The translations under genes and the position numbers were made by a program. Under the pieces are notes generated by a model. The model did no database searches. It saw nothing but the letters and a program-made list of their open reading frames with translations, and was not told the origin of the DNA. 64,000 bases of DNA from an uncultured Gammaproteobacteria bacterium (lineage in GTDB: Bacteria > Pseudomonadota > Gammaproteobacteria > UBA9214): NCBI GenBank assembly GCA_963748215.1, contig CAVVHS010000008.1:224001-288000 (forward strand), written 5' to 3'. Shown here one piece after another: positions 1-10,765 of the stretch; the first letter of the stretch is position 1, and each line of letters begins with the position of its first letter.

Positions 1-739
1 CTTTCAGCGCCAGCGCGGCCAGGCACAGGGTGCCGGCCGTGTCGACCAGGTCGTCCACCAGCACGCAGGTACGGTCCTCGACCTCGCCGATGATGTTCAT
101 CACGCGCGCCTCGTTCGGGCGCGGGCGGCGCTTGTCGATAATGGCCAGCTCCGCGTCATCCAGGCGCTTGGCCAGTGCGCGCGCCCTGACCACGCCGCCG
201 ACATCGGGCGAAACCACCACGACATCCGGGTACTTCTGCCTCCAGATGTCGCCCAGCAGGATCGGCGAGGCATACACGTTGTCCACCGGGATATCGAAAA
301 ATCCCTGGATCTGGTCCGCGTGCAGGTCCACCGTCAGCACCCGGTCCGCCCGCACATTGCCGATCATCTGGGCCACCACCTTGGCGGTGATCGGCACGCG
401 CGCCGAGCGCGGCCGGCGGTCCTGCCGGGCGTAGCCGAAGTACGGGATCACCGCCGTGATCCGCGCCGCCGACGAACGCCGCACGGCATCGACCATGACC
501 AGCAGTTCCATCAGGTTGTCATTGGTCGGCGCACAGGTCGGCTGCACGATGAAAACGTCCTTGCCGCGGACGTTCTCCATGATCTCGACATGCACCTCGC
601 CGTCGCTGAACTGGCTGACCAGCGCACTGCCCAGGTTCAGCTTCAGGTGATTGGCGATGGCCTGCGCCAGTTCCGGGTTCGAATTCCCGGAAAACACCAT
701 CATCGGGTTGCCGGTTTCTGAAGCATGCATTGTGTTCAT
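1..739 (-). CDS. prs: Ribose-phosphate pyrophosphokinase, 5' part (runs off window start)
   Basis: Hand translation of minus strand: [20 protein letters not shown]...[20 protein letters not shown]...[21 protein letters not shown]. In-frame ATGs at 739/730/703/700. Standard ispE-tRNA-Gln-prs synteny. Confidence 0.96.
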   Translation of the reverse strand, partial: MNTMHASETGNPMMVFSGNSNPELAQAIANHLKLNLGSALVSQFSDGEVHVEIMENVRGKDVFIVQPTCAPTNDNLMELLVMVDAVRRSSAARITAVIPYFGYARQDRRPRSARVPITAKVVAQMIGNVRADRVLTVDLHADQIQGFFDIPVDNVYASPILLGDIWRQKYPDVVVVSPDVGGVVRARALAKRLDDAELAIIDKRRPRPNEARVMNIIGEVEDRTCVLVDDLVDTAGTLCLAALALK

Positions 740-873
740 TAGGCTTTCCGCTGTCTCTGCCTTTGCAACCTGTAAGGCACTACCTGAATACCTGCGGCCG
801 TCGCTTGCATCACGGTGCACATCTGGCCGGCATGGCAATACGGGGACACCTGCCCTGGCCGGTTCTGTTCATC

Positions 874-1012
874 TGGCTGGGACGGCAGGATTACTCGATC
901 CACTCCTACTCGGGGCGTTCCGCCCCTCGCACCCTTCGGGCCGCCGCCGCTGCGCGGCGACGTTCTAACACGCTGCGCGTGTTAGTCGAACCTCGAGGTT
1001 CTCATCCTGCCG
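874..1012 (-). repeat. tRNA-Gln-derived tRNA-like unit: multi-hairpin insert followed by the tRNA 3' end (...AATCCTGCCGTCCCAGCCA)
   Basis: 871-892 is identical to 1034-1055 (tRNA 3' end). CGGCAGGAT can pair with ATCCTGCCG. Core 932-966 is identical to 1199-1233. Confidence 0.8.
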
Positions 1013-1036
1013 TGTCACTGCCAGTACAATTTTATC

Positions 1037-1111
1037 TGGCTGGGACGGCAGGATTCGAACCTGCGAATGCGGGGATCAAAACCCCGTGCCTTACCACTTG
1101 GCGACGTCCCA
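1037..1111 (-). tRNA. tRNA-Gln (anticodon TTG), CCA encoded
   Basis: Reverse complement TGGGACGTCGCCAAGTGGTAAGGCACGGGGTTTTGATCCCCGCATTCGCAGGTTCGAATCCTGCCGTCCCAGCCA folds as a cloverleaf. Confidence 0.97.
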
Positions 1112-1170
1112 GTAACTTCTTGCACAACTACAGGACCTGTCATGCCATGGTGTAAACCTTTCACCCCGCT

Positions 1171-1310
1171 CGGCAGGATTACTCGGCCTGCGGCCTCGCC
1201 CTTCGGGCCGCCGCCGCTGCGCGGCGACGTTCTCTCGCGCTATCGCGCTCGAGTCGAACCTGCGAATGCGGGGATCAAAACCCCGTGCCTTACCACTTGG
1301 CGACGTCCCA
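1171..1310 (-). pseudogene. Second tRNA-Gln copy interrupted in the T-loop by a 73-nt hairpin insert; acceptor 3' strand and CCA missing
   Basis: 1254-1310 is identical to the first 57 nt of the tRNA. Insert at 1181-1253, then AATCCTGCCG. Confidence 0.85.
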
Positions 1311-1354
1311 ATAACTCACGCCCGTCGCCGACGCCGTGCCGGACGGGGCTGCTG

Positions 1355-2215
1355 TCACTCCATTGCCGTCAGCAAGGGTGAGCGGTTCACTCCCCGGGCG
1401 ACGAAGCTGTCCCAGTGCTCCGGTACGCGCGCCGCCACTGCCCGTGCATCCGCCTCGGTCGCAAAGGCTGCAAACACGCAGCCGCCGCTGCCAGTCATGC
1501 GTGCAGGGGAAATTGCATTCAGCCAATCGAGTGCCGCCGCCACTTCCGGATACCTGTCACGCACAACCGCTTCGCAGTCGTTGCGGGTACTGCCCGAAAG
1601 AAGGTCGGCTATTGTCTGTCGGGGCGTGTCCCGTGTCAATTCCGCGTCGAAAAAAACAGTGGCCGTTGATATGCTTACAGCAGGATTCAGCACCAGGTAG
1701 CAGGACTCCGGCGGTTGTGCCGGAGTCAGCCGCTCGCCCACGCCCTCGGCCAGCGCTGCATGGCCGTGCACGAACACCGGCACATCGGCGCCGAGCTGCA
1801 GCCCAAGTTCGGCTAACACACTGATATCCAAGTCCAGTTTCCAGAGCCGGTTGAGTACCAGCAGAGTGGTGGCGGCATCCGAACTGCCGCCGCCCAGGCC
1901 GCCGCCGGCGGGGATGCGCTTGTCGATATAAACGGTTACCCCGGCCCCGGTGCCGGTCGTGGACTGCAGCAGGCGCGCCGCCCGGGTGCAGAGATCATCC
2001 GCCTCCGCCACGCCGTCTGGCCCGCCGACCCGCCGGACCTCGCCATCCGCGCGCTGCTCGAAATACAGCCAGTCGGCCAGGGTCAGAAACTGGAACAGGG
2101 TCTGCAGGTCGTGATAGCCATCCGCGCGGCGCCCGGTGATATGCAGGAACAGGTTGAGCTTGGCCGGCGCCGGCCAGGGACCGCTGGCGCTGGCCGGAAC
2201 GGCCAGCGGGCTCAT
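1355..2215 (-). CDS. ispE: 4-diphosphocytidyl-2-C-methyl-D-erythritol kinase
   Basis: PAKLNLFLHITGRRADGYHDLQT, KRIPAGGGLGGGSSDAA, MTGSG motifs. Start at ATG 2215 overlaps the lolB stop. Confidence 0.97.
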   Translation of the reverse strand: MSPLAVPASASGPWPAPAKLNLFLHITGRRADGYHDLQTLFQFLTLADWLYFEQRADGEVRRVGGPDGVAEADDLCTRAARLLQSTTGTGAGVTVYIDKRIPAGGGLGGGSSDAATTLLVLNRLWKLDLDISVLAELGLQLGADVPVFVHGHAALAEGVGERLTPAQPPESCYLVLNPAVSISTATVFFDAELTRDTPRQTIADLLSGSTRNDCEAVVRDRYPEVAAALDWLNAISPARMTGSGGCVFAAFATEADARAVAARVPEHWDSFVARGVNRSPLLTAME

Positions 2216-2802
2216 TGCACCGGGTCCGGCGGCGGGTCGAGCTGCCACTGGTCAATGACCAGGCGTACCACCACGTCGTCATGCACCAGGTTCAGCTTCG
2301 CCGGCCAGTCGCTGCCGGCAATGGTCCGGTAGCGCTGGTAGGTGATCACCCAGCCGGATTGCACCAGCTGCTGCAGGCGTCCCTGCGGGTCCAGCGTGAC
2401 CCGGACCGCGCCATCGGGCGCCGACAGGCCACGCACCCAGTAGTGCATCCCGGCCACCGGAATGTCCCAGCCGGTCACTTGTGAAAACAGCACATCCACG
2501 TCGTGTGCCGTGTGGATGCGGGCATTGCTGTCGATGAGGGTTACGCCGCTGGCATCGCCGGTCAGCTGCAGGGCACCCTGCCCGAGCGGCCCGGTCACCT
2601 GCAGGCGGTAATGATCCGCCCGGTTCTCCCAGTCCAGCCCGGCGTGCCAGCCCTGCTCACCCTGGGTCAGCGAAATGCGGCCATTGAATTTCCAGTCCTT
2701 GATGGTCGCCGGGGTTGCGGCACCGGGCACGGTCTCCGGTACTGGCAGCGCGGCGCAGCCGGACAACAGCAGGATCAGCAGGAGCTCGCCGAGGCGCTTC
2801 AC
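2212..2802 (-). CDS. lolB: Outer-membrane lipoprotein insertase LolB
   Basis: Lipobox LLSGC, GPLGQG and W..PV..M.YW.RG motifs, position upstream of ispE. Confidence 0.93.
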   Translation of the reverse strand: MKRLGELLLILLLSGCAALPVPETVPGAATPATIKDWKFNGRISLTQGEQGWHAGLDWENRADHYRLQVTGPLGQGALQLTGDASGVTLIDSNARIHTAHDVDVLFSQVTGWDIPVAGMHYWVRGLSAPDGAVRVTLDPQGRLQQLVQSGWVITYQRYRTIAGSDWPAKLNLVHDDVVVRLVIDQWQLDPPPDPVQ

Positions 2803-4586
2803 GGCTTGAGGCGATCGAGGACTTCCAGCAGCACAGCGTTGTCCGGCCCGGCCTGACGCGAGAGTTCAAACACGCGGCGTGCCTCGTCGCGCTCGCCGCT
2901 CATCCACAGCACCTCGCCCAGGTGCGCGCCGATCTCGCTGTCCTGGTTCTTTTCCCAGGCCTGCTCCAGGTAATAGCGTGCCTTTTCCAGGTCGCCGAGC
3001 CGGTAATGCACCCAACCCATGCTGTCGATGATGGCTGGATCATCCGGTTTCTGCAGGAATGCCTTGCTGATATACGCGAGCGCCTCTTCATAACGGTCGG
3101 TCCGGTCCGCCAGTGTATAGCCCAGCGCGTTCAGCGTACGCACATCGTCGGGCTTGGCGGCCAGGATTTTCTTCAGGTCGGCCTCGGCCTCGCTGATGCG
3201 GCCCAGTTGCTCGGCCGTCAGCGCCCGGGAATACAGCAGGTCGTCGTTGTCCGGGCTGTAGGCCAGCGCATCGCTGTAAAGCGTATAGGCCTTGTCATGA
3301 AGACCGGCATCCGCCAGCACCTGGCCTTCGATGATGTAGTAGTTGACTGCCTGTTCCGGGTTTTTCTGGCGCAGGACGCGCATGTGATCCTGCATGCGTG
3401 CGACGTCGCCGTTCTCGACCATGATGGCGGCGGCGCGCAACAGGGCCTGGCTCCAGTAATCACCGGAATCGACCTTGAGATACCAGTCCAGCGCCGTGTC
3501 GCTATTGCCCTGCTCGTACTCGGCGTAACCGAGATAGTAGTAAGCGTTCTGGTCGTCCGGGGTCTGCTTGAGCAACTGTTTGAGGTGTTTCTCACCCGCC
3601 TTGTACTGCCTGGTTTCCAGTTCCAGCAGCGCCAGCGAGTACAGGCCGCCCGCATATTCGGGGTCGATCTTGACCACCTTGGCGAACTGCTGTTTCGCGC
3701 CCTCCAGGTCATCGGCGTCCAGCAGCATGCGACCATAGGCAAACAGCAGGTCGGTGTCGTTCGGGTGCTGCGCCGCCGCATCCTGCAGCATGCGGGTTGC
3801 CTCGGTATTGCGCTCCATGCGTACCAGCACCTGCGCCTTGAGGATGACAGCGGTCGTCAGGCCGGGCGCCAGCACCAGCGCCTTGTCTGCAGCGGCCAGC
3901 GCGGTATCGAGCTGCTCGGCCACCACCGCCATGCGGCACAGGGACATCCAGGCGAAGGCATTGTCCGGGTAACGGTCAACCAGCTGCTGCGTGGCCTTGA
4001 GCGCCGCCTGCCGGTCCGCGTGACGGGCAAGGATGGCCGTGGCCATGCGGAAGCCATCTTCCGGATCGTCGGACACGCTCAGCAGGTAATCCAGCTGGTT
4101 CACGACCTCGTCCAGGTCGCCGGTCTGCAGCGCGAGCGCGGTCAGCGATTTGCGCGCATCGAGATTTGTACTGTCCAGGGCGACCCAGCGACGCGCCGCC
4201 ACCAGGGCGATGTCGTACTGTCGGGCAAAGCTGGCAATCTGCACGGCGCGTTCCGCGACGCGCGGGTCGTCTGCCGCCTCCGCCGCCTCCAGGTAGCGCG
4301 ATACGGAGACATCGAAGTCACCGCGCTGGCCGGCGATTTCCGCCAGCAGGATGTCGTACATCAGGTCACCGGTCAGCGGCTGGCCTGCACCGGCAGCGGG
4401 CTTGCCGCCGGACGAAGGCATGGCCTCCGGCACTGCCACCGGGACCGGCAGCTCGGACCCGGCCGGCTCGTTATTGCGGTCACCGGAGACGGCACAGGAC
4501 GCCATCAGGGCTGCCAGCACCAGGGCCAGCTGGGTACGGCGCAGCACTCCGCAAAATCCGGTCATAGCGTTCTCCATCCGCTCCAT
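2799..4586 (-). CDS. TPR-repeat lipoprotein
   Basis: Lipobox LMASC, multiple TPRs, LNALGY..AD and IDSMGWV.YR.G motifs. Conserved position between hemA and lolB. Start uncertain. Confidence 0.88.
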   Translation of the reverse strand: MERMENAMTGFCGVLRRTQLALVLAALMASCAVSGDRNNEPAGSELPVPVAVPEAMPSSGGKPAAGAGQPLTGDLMYDILLAEIAGQRGDFDVSVSRYLEAAEAADDPRVAERAVQIASFARQYDIALVAARRWVALDSTNLDARKSLTALALQTGDLDEVVNQLDYLLSVSDDPEDGFRMATAILARHADRQAALKATQQLVDRYPDNAFAWMSLCRMAVVAEQLDTALAAADKALVLAPGLTTAVILKAQVLVRMERNTEATRMLQDAAAQHPNDTDLLFAYGRMLLDADDLEGAKQQFAKVVKIDPEYAGGLYSLALLELETRQYKAGEKHLKQLLKQTPDDQNAYYYLGYAEYEQGNSDTALDWYLKVDSGDYWSQALLRAAAIMVENGDVARMQDHMRVLRQKNPEQAVNYYIIEGQVLADAGLHDKAYTLYSDALAYSPDNDDLLYSRALTAEQLGRISEAEADLKKILAAKPDDVRTLNALGYTLADRTDRYEEALAYISKAFLQKPDDPAIIDSMGWVHYRLGDLEKARYYLEQAWEKNQDSEIGAHLGEVLWMSGERDEARRVFELSRQAGPDNAVLLEVLDRLKP

Positions 4587-4820
4587 TCTATCAGTCTCTC
4601 GGTTAACCTGTCAGGAAACACGTGTATTATTCAGCAGTTCCGCCCAGGCAAGCCTGGCTGCAATCGGCCGGGGCGGGTGGCCCGGCACCAGCCAGATGGA
4701 CAACAAAACCGTCCGTTGGTTGTATCTCCCGAATGAAATGCTCAGGATGCGACCCTGCTTGTATATACTGATTCCGCCATGCAGAATTTTGCGTTCACTG
4801 CGGATTTTTCTTGAATTGAC

Positions 4821-6077
4821 ATGTACCTGACCGTTCTTGGCATCAATCACCGGACCGCGCCCGTGGAAATCCGCGGGCAGGTCGCCTTCCCGCCCGAGCA
4901 GATCGAGCGGGCACTGGGTGAGCTGCGCACGCTGGACGGTGTTCACGAAGCCGCCATCCTGTCCACCTGCAACCGCACCGAACTCTACTGCGCGCGCGAG
5001 GACGCCTCGCCCGACGTACTGGCCGACTGGCTGTGCCGGTTCCACGAACTCGAGGCCAACAGCCTCCAGCCGCATATCTATACCTACCAGGAAGAGGACG
5101 CCGTGCGCCACGTGTTGCGCGTTGCCGCGGGCCTGGATTCCATGATCCTCGGCGAGCCGCAGATCCTCGGCCAGATGAAGACATCCTACCAGCAGGCGCT
5201 GCAATCCGGCAGCATCGAGACCCTGGTCAACCGGCTGTTCCAGCATACCTTCCAGGTCGCCAAGCAGATCCGCACCGATACCGCGATCGGCGCGAGCCCG
5301 GTATCGGTCGCGTTTGCCGCGGTTAGCCTGGCCCGGCAGATCTTTGGCAGTCTGGAGAGCCATTGCGCCCTGCTGCTCGGCGCCGGCGAGACCATCGAGC
5401 TGGCCGCGCGCCACCTGCATGAACGCGGCATCAGCAAGCTGATCGTCGCCAACCGTACCATCAGTCGCGCGCATGAGCTGGCCGCGCAATTCGACGGCTA
5501 TGGCATAGGCCTGGACGAGATCCCCGCGCACCTCGAGGAAGCGGACATCGTGATTGCCTCTACCGGCAGCCCGGTCGCGCTGATCGACAGGGCCATGGTC
5601 GAGCGGACCCTGAAAAAGCGCAGGCACCGGCCCGTGCTAATGGTCGACATCGCCGTGCCACCGGACATCAGCGGCGACATCGCTGAACTGGATGATGTCT
5701 ACCTGTACACCATCGACGACCTGAAACAGGTCATCGAGGACAACATGCGCTCGCGCCAGGAAGCCGCGCAACAGGCCGAGGACATCATCGACACCCAGGT
5801 CGCGCATTTCATGTCCTGGGTGCGCGCGCTGGATGCCATTCCCACCCTCTGCAACTACCGGGATCATGCACAGGCCCAGGCCGACGCCGAACTGGACAAG
5901 GCCCTGCACCAGCTCGCCAACGGCGTGCCACCGGCGGAGGCGATGGAAGCACTGACCCGCAACTTGGTCAGGAAGCTCACCCACGACCCGACCGTGAACC
6001 TGCGTACGGCCGTCGCCGAGGGCCGCACCGACCTGCTCGAAGCCGTCTGCACGCTGTTCAACCTGAACAGAAAATAA
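4821..6077 (+). CDS. hemA: Glutamyl-tRNA reductase
   Basis: [35 protein letters not shown] motifs. Confidence 0.98.
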   Translation: MYLTVLGINHRTAPVEIRGQVAFPPEQIERALGELRTLDGVHEAAILSTCNRTELYCAREDASPDVLADWLCRFHELEANSLQPHIYTYQEEDAVRHVLRVAAGLDSMILGEPQILGQMKTSYQQALQSGSIETLVNRLFQHTFQVAKQIRTDTAIGASPVSVAFAAVSLARQIFGSLESHCALLLGAGETIELAARHLHERGISKLIVANRTISRAHELAAQFDGYGIGLDEIPAHLEEADIVIASTGSPVALIDRAMVERTLKKRRHRPVLMVDIAVPPDISGDIAELDDVYLYTIDDLKQVIEDNMRSRQEAAQQAEDIIDTQVAHFMSWVRALDAIPTLCNYRDHAQAQADAELDKALHQLANGVPPAEAMEALTRNLVRKLTHDPTVNLRTAVAEGRTDLLEAVCTLFNLNRK

Positions 6078-6079
6078 CC

Positions 6080-7171
6080 ATGCAAACCAGCATCATCCGC
6101 AAACTCGAGCACATCGAGGAACGCCACCACGAGGTCAGCGCCCTGCTCTCCGATGCCGACACCATCGCCGACCAGGACAGTTACCGCAAGCTGATGCAGG
6201 AGTATGCGCAGCTCGGCCCGGTGGTGGAAATCTTCGCCGCCTGGCAGCGGGCGAACCGCGACCTGGCCTCGGCACAGGACATGCTGAAGGATCCCGACCC
6301 GGACATGCAGGGCATGGCGGAGGATGAATTCGCGCACGCCCAGCAGCGCATGGCGTCACTGGAGACGGAACTGCAGAAGCTGCTGCTGCCGAAAGACCCG
6401 CACGACGATAACAATATCTTTCTCGAAATCCGCGCCGGCACCGGCGGTGACGAGGCCGCCATCTTCGCCGGCGACCTGTTCCGCATGTACTCGCGTTATG
6501 CCGAACTCAACAGGTGGCAGGTCGAGGTACTCAGCGAGAGCCCGGGCGAACACGGCGGCTACAAGGAAATCATCGCGCGCATCATCGGCCATGGCGCCTA
6601 CTCGCGGCTGAAATTCGAGTCCGGCGCGCACCGCGTGCAGCGCGTGCCGGAAACCGAGTCGCAGGGCCGCATCCACACCTCGGCCGCGACCGTGGCCATC
6701 ATGCCCGAGGCCGAGGAGATCGACAGCATCGATATCAACCCGGCCGATCTGAAAGTGGACACCTTCCGCGCCTCGGGCGCCGGCGGTCAGCACGTCAACA
6801 AGACCGATTCGGCCATCCGCATCACCCACCTGCCGAGCGGCATCGTGGTGGAATGCCAGGACGAACGCTCGCAGCACAAGAACCGCGCCCGCGCGCTGTC
6901 ACTGCTGTCCGCGAAGCTGCTTAGCGTCGAACAGGAAAAGCAGAAGGCGCATGAAACCGAGACACGCCGCCTGCTGGTCGGCAGCGGTGACCGCTCCGAG
7001 CGCATCCGCACCTACAACTTTCCGCAGGGACGCATGACCGACCACCGCATCAACCTGACCGTCTACAAGCTCGACGACTTCATGGCCGGCAACCTCGACC
7101 TGGCGATCGAGCCGCTGATCAACGAATACCAGGCCGACCTGCTCAGCGCACTGAATGAGCAACAGCACTGA
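6080..7171 (+). CDS. prfA: Peptide chain release factor 1
   Basis: GGQ motif ([10 protein letters not shown]), VPET recognition loop, hemA-prfA-prmC operon. Confidence 0.98.
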   Translation: MQTSIIRKLEHIEERHHEVSALLSDADTIADQDSYRKLMQEYAQLGPVVEIFAAWQRANRDLASAQDMLKDPDPDMQGMAEDEFAHAQQRMASLETELQKLLLPKDPHDDNNIFLEIRAGTGGDEAAIFAGDLFRMYSRYAELNRWQVEVLSESPGEHGGYKEIIARIIGHGAYSRLKFESGAHRVQRVPETESQGRIHTSAATVAIMPEAEEIDSIDINPADLKVDTFRASGAGGQHVNKTDSAIRITHLPSGIVVECQDERSQHKNRARALSLLSAKLLSVEQEKQKAHETETRRLLVGSGDRSERIRTYNFPQGRMTDHRINLTVYKLDDFMAGNLDLAIEPLINEYQADLLSALNEQQH

Positions 7172-8012
7172 AACACGCACCATCGCGCAACTGCTCACGC
7201 ACGCCACGCAACAACTCGATACGACATCGGCACGGCTCGATGCCGAAGTGTTGCTGGCGCATGCAATCGACAAGCCGCGCAGTCACCTGCACGCCTGGCC
7301 GGACAAGGTGCCCGCACCCGACCAGCAGAGTCGCTTCGCGGCCCTGCTGAAGCGCCGTATCGGCGGCGAGCCGGTCGCCTACCTGACCGGGCAGCGCGAA
7401 TTCTGGTCGCTGTCGCTCACGGTCAGCCGCGACACACTGATACCGCGCCCGGAGACCGAGACCCTGGTGGCACAGGCCCTGTCCGTGATTGCTCGCGACA
7501 GCCGGATCGACATCGCCGACCTCGGTACCGGCAGCGGCGCCGTCGCCCTGGCCATCGCGAGCGAACGACCCAGGGCCCGCATCCTGGCAACGGACCACTC
7601 GGAGTCCGCGCTCGCCATCGCGCGCGCCAATGCGCAGCGGCTCGGCATCGGCAATGTCGAGTTCGTGGCCGGCGACTGGTGCGATGCACTGGGCGAGCGT
7701 CAGTTCGATTTGCTGCTCAGCAACCCGCCCTATATCGCGGCACAGGACCGCCATCTGGCCGAGGGCGATGTGCGCTTCGAACCGCGCAGCGCGCTGGCTG
7801 CCGGCAGCGACGGCATGTCGGCGCTGTCGACCATTGCATCCTGCGCACGGCAACACCTGCGCACTGGCGGCTGGCTGATGCTGGAACATGGCTATGACCA
7901 GCAGGCTGCGGTCATGCGGCTGCTGCAGTCACTCGGCTATCGTGATGTTGCCGACTATCCGGACGATGCCGGGCTCAGCCGGGTCGTTTGCGGCACTTGG
8001 CACCAGCCATGA
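7155..8012 (+). CDS. prmC: Release factor glutamine methyltransferase
   Basis: [20 protein letters not shown] motifs. Confidence 0.97.
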   Translation: MSNSTETRTIAQLLTHATQQLDTTSARLDAEVLLAHAIDKPRSHLHAWPDKVPAPDQQSRFAALLKRRIGGEPVAYLTGQREFWSLSLTVSRDTLIPRPETETLVAQALSVIARDSRIDIADLGTGSGAVALAIASERPRARILATDHSESALAIARANAQRLGIGNVEFVAGDWCDALGERQFDLLLSNPPYIAAQDRHLAEGDVRFEPRSALAAGSDGMSALSTIASCARQHLRTGGWLMLEHGYDQQAAVMRLLQSLGYRDVADYPDDAGLSRVVCGTWHQP

Positions 8013-8075
8013 ATGCAGGGACGGGCCTTGCTATTTACCTGCGGCGGGTTAGGATTAGGGTAGTTCTGACAACTT

Positions 8076-8143
8076 CGTCATTGCGAGTAATATCGTGACG
8101 AAGCAATCTCCTGCCAATAATCCTGAAATCAGTCGATTGCTTC
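8076..8143. repeat. Degenerate GTCATTGCGAG...GAAGCAATC-type palindromic intergenic repeat
   Basis: cgtcattgcgag...gaagcaatc...gattgcttc inverted arms. Confidence 0.55.
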
Positions 8144-8198
8144 ATAGGCCACGCGTAGTTACGAGAACTCACAATCTCAACAGGGGGCTTGCGAGGCG

Positions 8199-8591
8199 GT
8201 GATCGAGAAACTGAAAAAACGCTCCATCCGGCTCACGAGCAGCGCGGATGAGCCGGCTGCCATCGAGTCTGCGGCCGGACTTCTGCGCGAGGTGAAAGGC
8301 GTGCTGCACGTGCGCATCACCGGGGCAAACCGGCTGGTGGTCAGCTACAACGTGCGCTGTATCACCCTGCAGGTCATCGAGGCCCTGTTGACCGAGTTCG
8401 GCTACCAGCTGCGTACCAGTTTCTTCTGCCGCACCCTGCGCGGCCTGTGCTACTACCTCGAAGATATCGAGTGCTCCGGTGCCAGGCACGACCAGGCCGA
8501 CTGCACCCGCGAGGCCTTCATCAACCGTTACCTCGACCGCCCGCACGGCTGCCGCGATCACCGGCCTGAATACCTGCGGCGCTATCTCTGA
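8199..8591 (+). CDS. Hypothetical protein; HMA-like N-terminal half without CxxC, Cys/His-rich C-terminus
   Basis: Host-like codon usage; LREVKGVLHV...LVVSYN pattern resembles an HMA fold. Confidence 0.65.
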   Translation: MIEKLKKRSIRLTSSADEPAAIESAAGLLREVKGVLHVRITGANRLVVSYNVRCITLQVIEALLTEFGYQLRTSFFCRTLRGLCYYLEDIECSGARHDQADCTREAFINRYLDRPHGCRDHRPEYLRRYL

Positions 8592-9055
8592 TCTCGATCG
8601 GGCGCGACAACAACACCACTCCTGCCTGCGGCTGTAGCAAACAAGCTGCATGCGCCGCCATACGGTTGACTGGACGGCACCAGATCCCGAACCAGTGACG
8701 CTACCGATTGTACATCTTGCGTATTCAAGACGGCTGAATGACGAGTTTCAACTCCAGTCGGACCTTTAGCTGCTTATATAACCAACGGCTAAACGAGAAA
8801 GTACGACCCTAATACGACATTTAGTTCCCGCTAATATCCCCCCAGTTCGATGAAGAATCGTCTTGACCGGAAGAGCCCATTGCTTTTGTACTTGCCCAAG
8901 AGTAAATCTATATCAACTTGCCTCTCTTTCGTCCCTTCAGCAAAAAGCCAGACCGACAGGTGCGGTAAAGATGACAGCCATTAACGAATAACAAGCCACC
9001 TTAGGTAGCAGATCGTTTTGGGCGAAATAAACAAACGATTTTACGGAGACATCTC

Positions 9056-9439
9056 ATGCAACAAGAAGAAAAGCTCAAGTATTTGAAAGTAGCTCTTTTT
9101 TTGTTTGGCATCATTTTCATCGCAGGGATCTACGTGATGATGATGTGGGTATGGCCTTCGGGTTGGGGTTGGACGCCACGACAACCCGAATACGAACAGA
9201 TGATTATGGGTTTTTACGCCACATTGGGAGTCTTTTTGATTCGTGCTGCGAAAGACCCTCTAGCTAACGCAAGTCTTATATGGTTCACGATCTGGTCAAG
9301 TATTGTTCACGGTGGAATCATGCTGGTTCAGGCTATCGTCGATGAGACTGAACGGGCAAATCTGTTGGGCGATATCCCGGCTTTATTTCTGGTGGCATTT
9401 GTCCTGTGGTATCTCATGCCTAAAAGAATCCGGGCGTAG
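9056..9439 (+). CDS. Small four-helix membrane protein (DUF6632-like), cassette-borne
   Basis: GGAG RBS, hydrophobic segments, WPSGWGW..YEQMIMG.YATLG motif, followed by an attC-like site. Confidence 0.8.
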   Translation: MQQEEKLKYLKVALFLFGIIFIAGIYVMMMWVWPSGWGWTPRQPEYEQMIMGFYATLGVFLIRAAKDPLANASLIWFTIWSSIVHGGIMLVQAIVDETERANLLGDIPALFLVAFVLWYLMPKRIRA

Positions 9440-9449
9440 TGGGATCAGC

Positions 9450-9517
9450 AGCTAAAATTTTGCTCATTGGGATGCTTCGCCGTGATATGGCTCGCACCCA
9501 CCCGCTAATAGTTAGGC
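9450..9517 (+). mobile_element. Degenerate integron attC-like site
   Basis: Degenerate R'' (AGCTAAA), stem TGGG[A]TGC/GCACCCA with an extrahelical base, R' GTTAGGC at 9511-9517. Confidence 0.6.
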
Positions 9518-9536
9518 CTTACTGAGGAAAGTTGAT

Positions 9537-10100
9537 ATGCCTGCGCGATTGTTTTCGTTCATTGGCGGTGAGACAGGCCTCTGGCGTGTCACCGAAATGG
9601 AAGTGATAGTTGGAGAGCCGCTGCCTGCGGCAATAAGGCTCGAAATCGCTTCTGGCTCAGAGATTCCATCCGATCCACATGCGTCCTGGGTTCTTCGTGG
9701 AATAACAAGCAATGAGCGGTATGTCGATCGCGAGGAAAGGCGTCAAATCGTCGCCAAGCTGCTCGATCTTGGGCGCCCGGAGGCAACGTGCGCGGCGCTG
9801 ATCCCGATTCGCAAGAACGAGGCCTGGTGGGCACTCACACAAGAGGAACGCCTGAGCATTTTCAAGGAGCAATCTCACCACACCAAAATCGGACTGGAGC
9901 ATTTTCCCACGCTGGCTAGAAGGCTCCATCACTGCCGTGATCTCTCGGAGAACGAACCGTTCGATTTCATCACTTGGTTCGAGTACGCGCCATCTGATGA
10001 GGTGAGGTTCAACAATCTGCTTGCTGCATTGCGTGCTATACCGGAGTGGCAGTATGTTGAACGAGAAGTGGACATCCGGCTCGAGCGTGATCAGGTCTAA
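9537..10100 (+). CDS. cld: Short-type chlorite dismutase family heme protein
   Basis: LIPIRKNEAWW.L...ER, EQSHH proximal His region, LARRLHHCRDL with distal Arg, FDFITWFE, EW.YV.RE. Confidence 0.88.
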   Translation: MPARLFSFIGGETGLWRVTEMEVIVGEPLPAAIRLEIASGSEIPSDPHASWVLRGITSNERYVDREERRQIVAKLLDLGRPEATCAALIPIRKNEAWWALTQEERLSIFKEQSHHTKIGLEHFPTLARRLHHCRDLSENEPFDFITWFEYAPSDEVRFNNLLAALRAIPEWQYVEREVDIRLERDQV

Positions 10101-10152
10101 CCCTTCGTTGCAGCGGACGGCCTTCGACCGCCGCTGAACTCGATCATTACGA
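10095..10152 (+). mobile_element. Integron attC site (59-be-sized) with degenerate R'
   Basis: R'' GTCTAAC contains the cld stop codon. Stem CAGCGG[A]CGG/CCGCCGCTG with extrahelical A. R' degenerate (ATTACGA). Confidence 0.8.
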
Positions 10153-10263
10153 ATGACCGGAGTTGCTGCTTTCCTGTCGTTCGCTAGTTTTCCGGGAAGG
10201 GCAGAAGTTGGCCGGAAACGGTCATCCATGCGAATACTATTTCAGTATAGATTAAGGACTAAT

Positions 10264-10656
10264 ATGAAATTATCGATATATTTAATCCCTCTTCTAGCTA
10301 TTCTTGTTGGAGGCTGCGCATCTACTGAGACTGTAAAGGAGGCGGAAGGTGAAGGCATTAGTCGCACCTACAATTATGCATATGAACCTGTTTACAATGC
10401 CACGCTTGCTGCCGCTAAAGTTAAGAAGCTAGAGGTTGTCGAGAGCGACAAGGAATCTGGCAGGATAATCCTTTCGCATGGAATCACCTTGTGGAGCTGG
10501 GGTGAACGAATCGCAGCATTCATCAAGAAAGTAGCGGATGATACGACGAAAGTAGAAATCATAAGCAAGCCTGTATTGGCTCCACTTAACTTCCCACCTG
10601 ATTGGCAGCAGATACTGCTTGAGCAAATTGCAGTTGAACTGCAATCAACGAAATAG
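10264..10656 (+). CDS. Small lipoprotein of unknown function, cassette-borne
   Basis: AAGGA RBS, lipobox LVGGC, AT-rich codon usage. Confidence 0.8.
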   Translation: MKLSIYLIPLLAILVGGCASTETVKEAEGEGISRTYNYAYEPVYNATLAAAKVKKLEVVESDKESGRIILSHGITLWSWGERIAAFIKKVADDTTKVEIISKPVLAPLNFPPDWQQILLEQIAVELQSTK

Positions 10657-10657
10657 C

Positions 10658-10765
10658 GCCAAACCACAAATTACGCCAGACCTGTCAATACTTACGCAGG
10701 CCAGTGAGCATAAAATATTTCTGAATGTCTTATACAGCCGGCATGTGACCTACGAGCAGTTAGGC
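10658..10765 (+). mobile_element. Degenerate long attC-like site
   Basis: GCCAAAC just after the stop codon and GTTAGGC at 10759-10765; internal complementarity is weak. Confidence 0.45.

Noticed and set aside
8821-8985. About 50-codon minus-strand reading frame (..VWLFAEGTKERQVDIDLLLGKY..)
   Set aside because: No start or RBS in frame and no recognisable family; probably a gene remnant.
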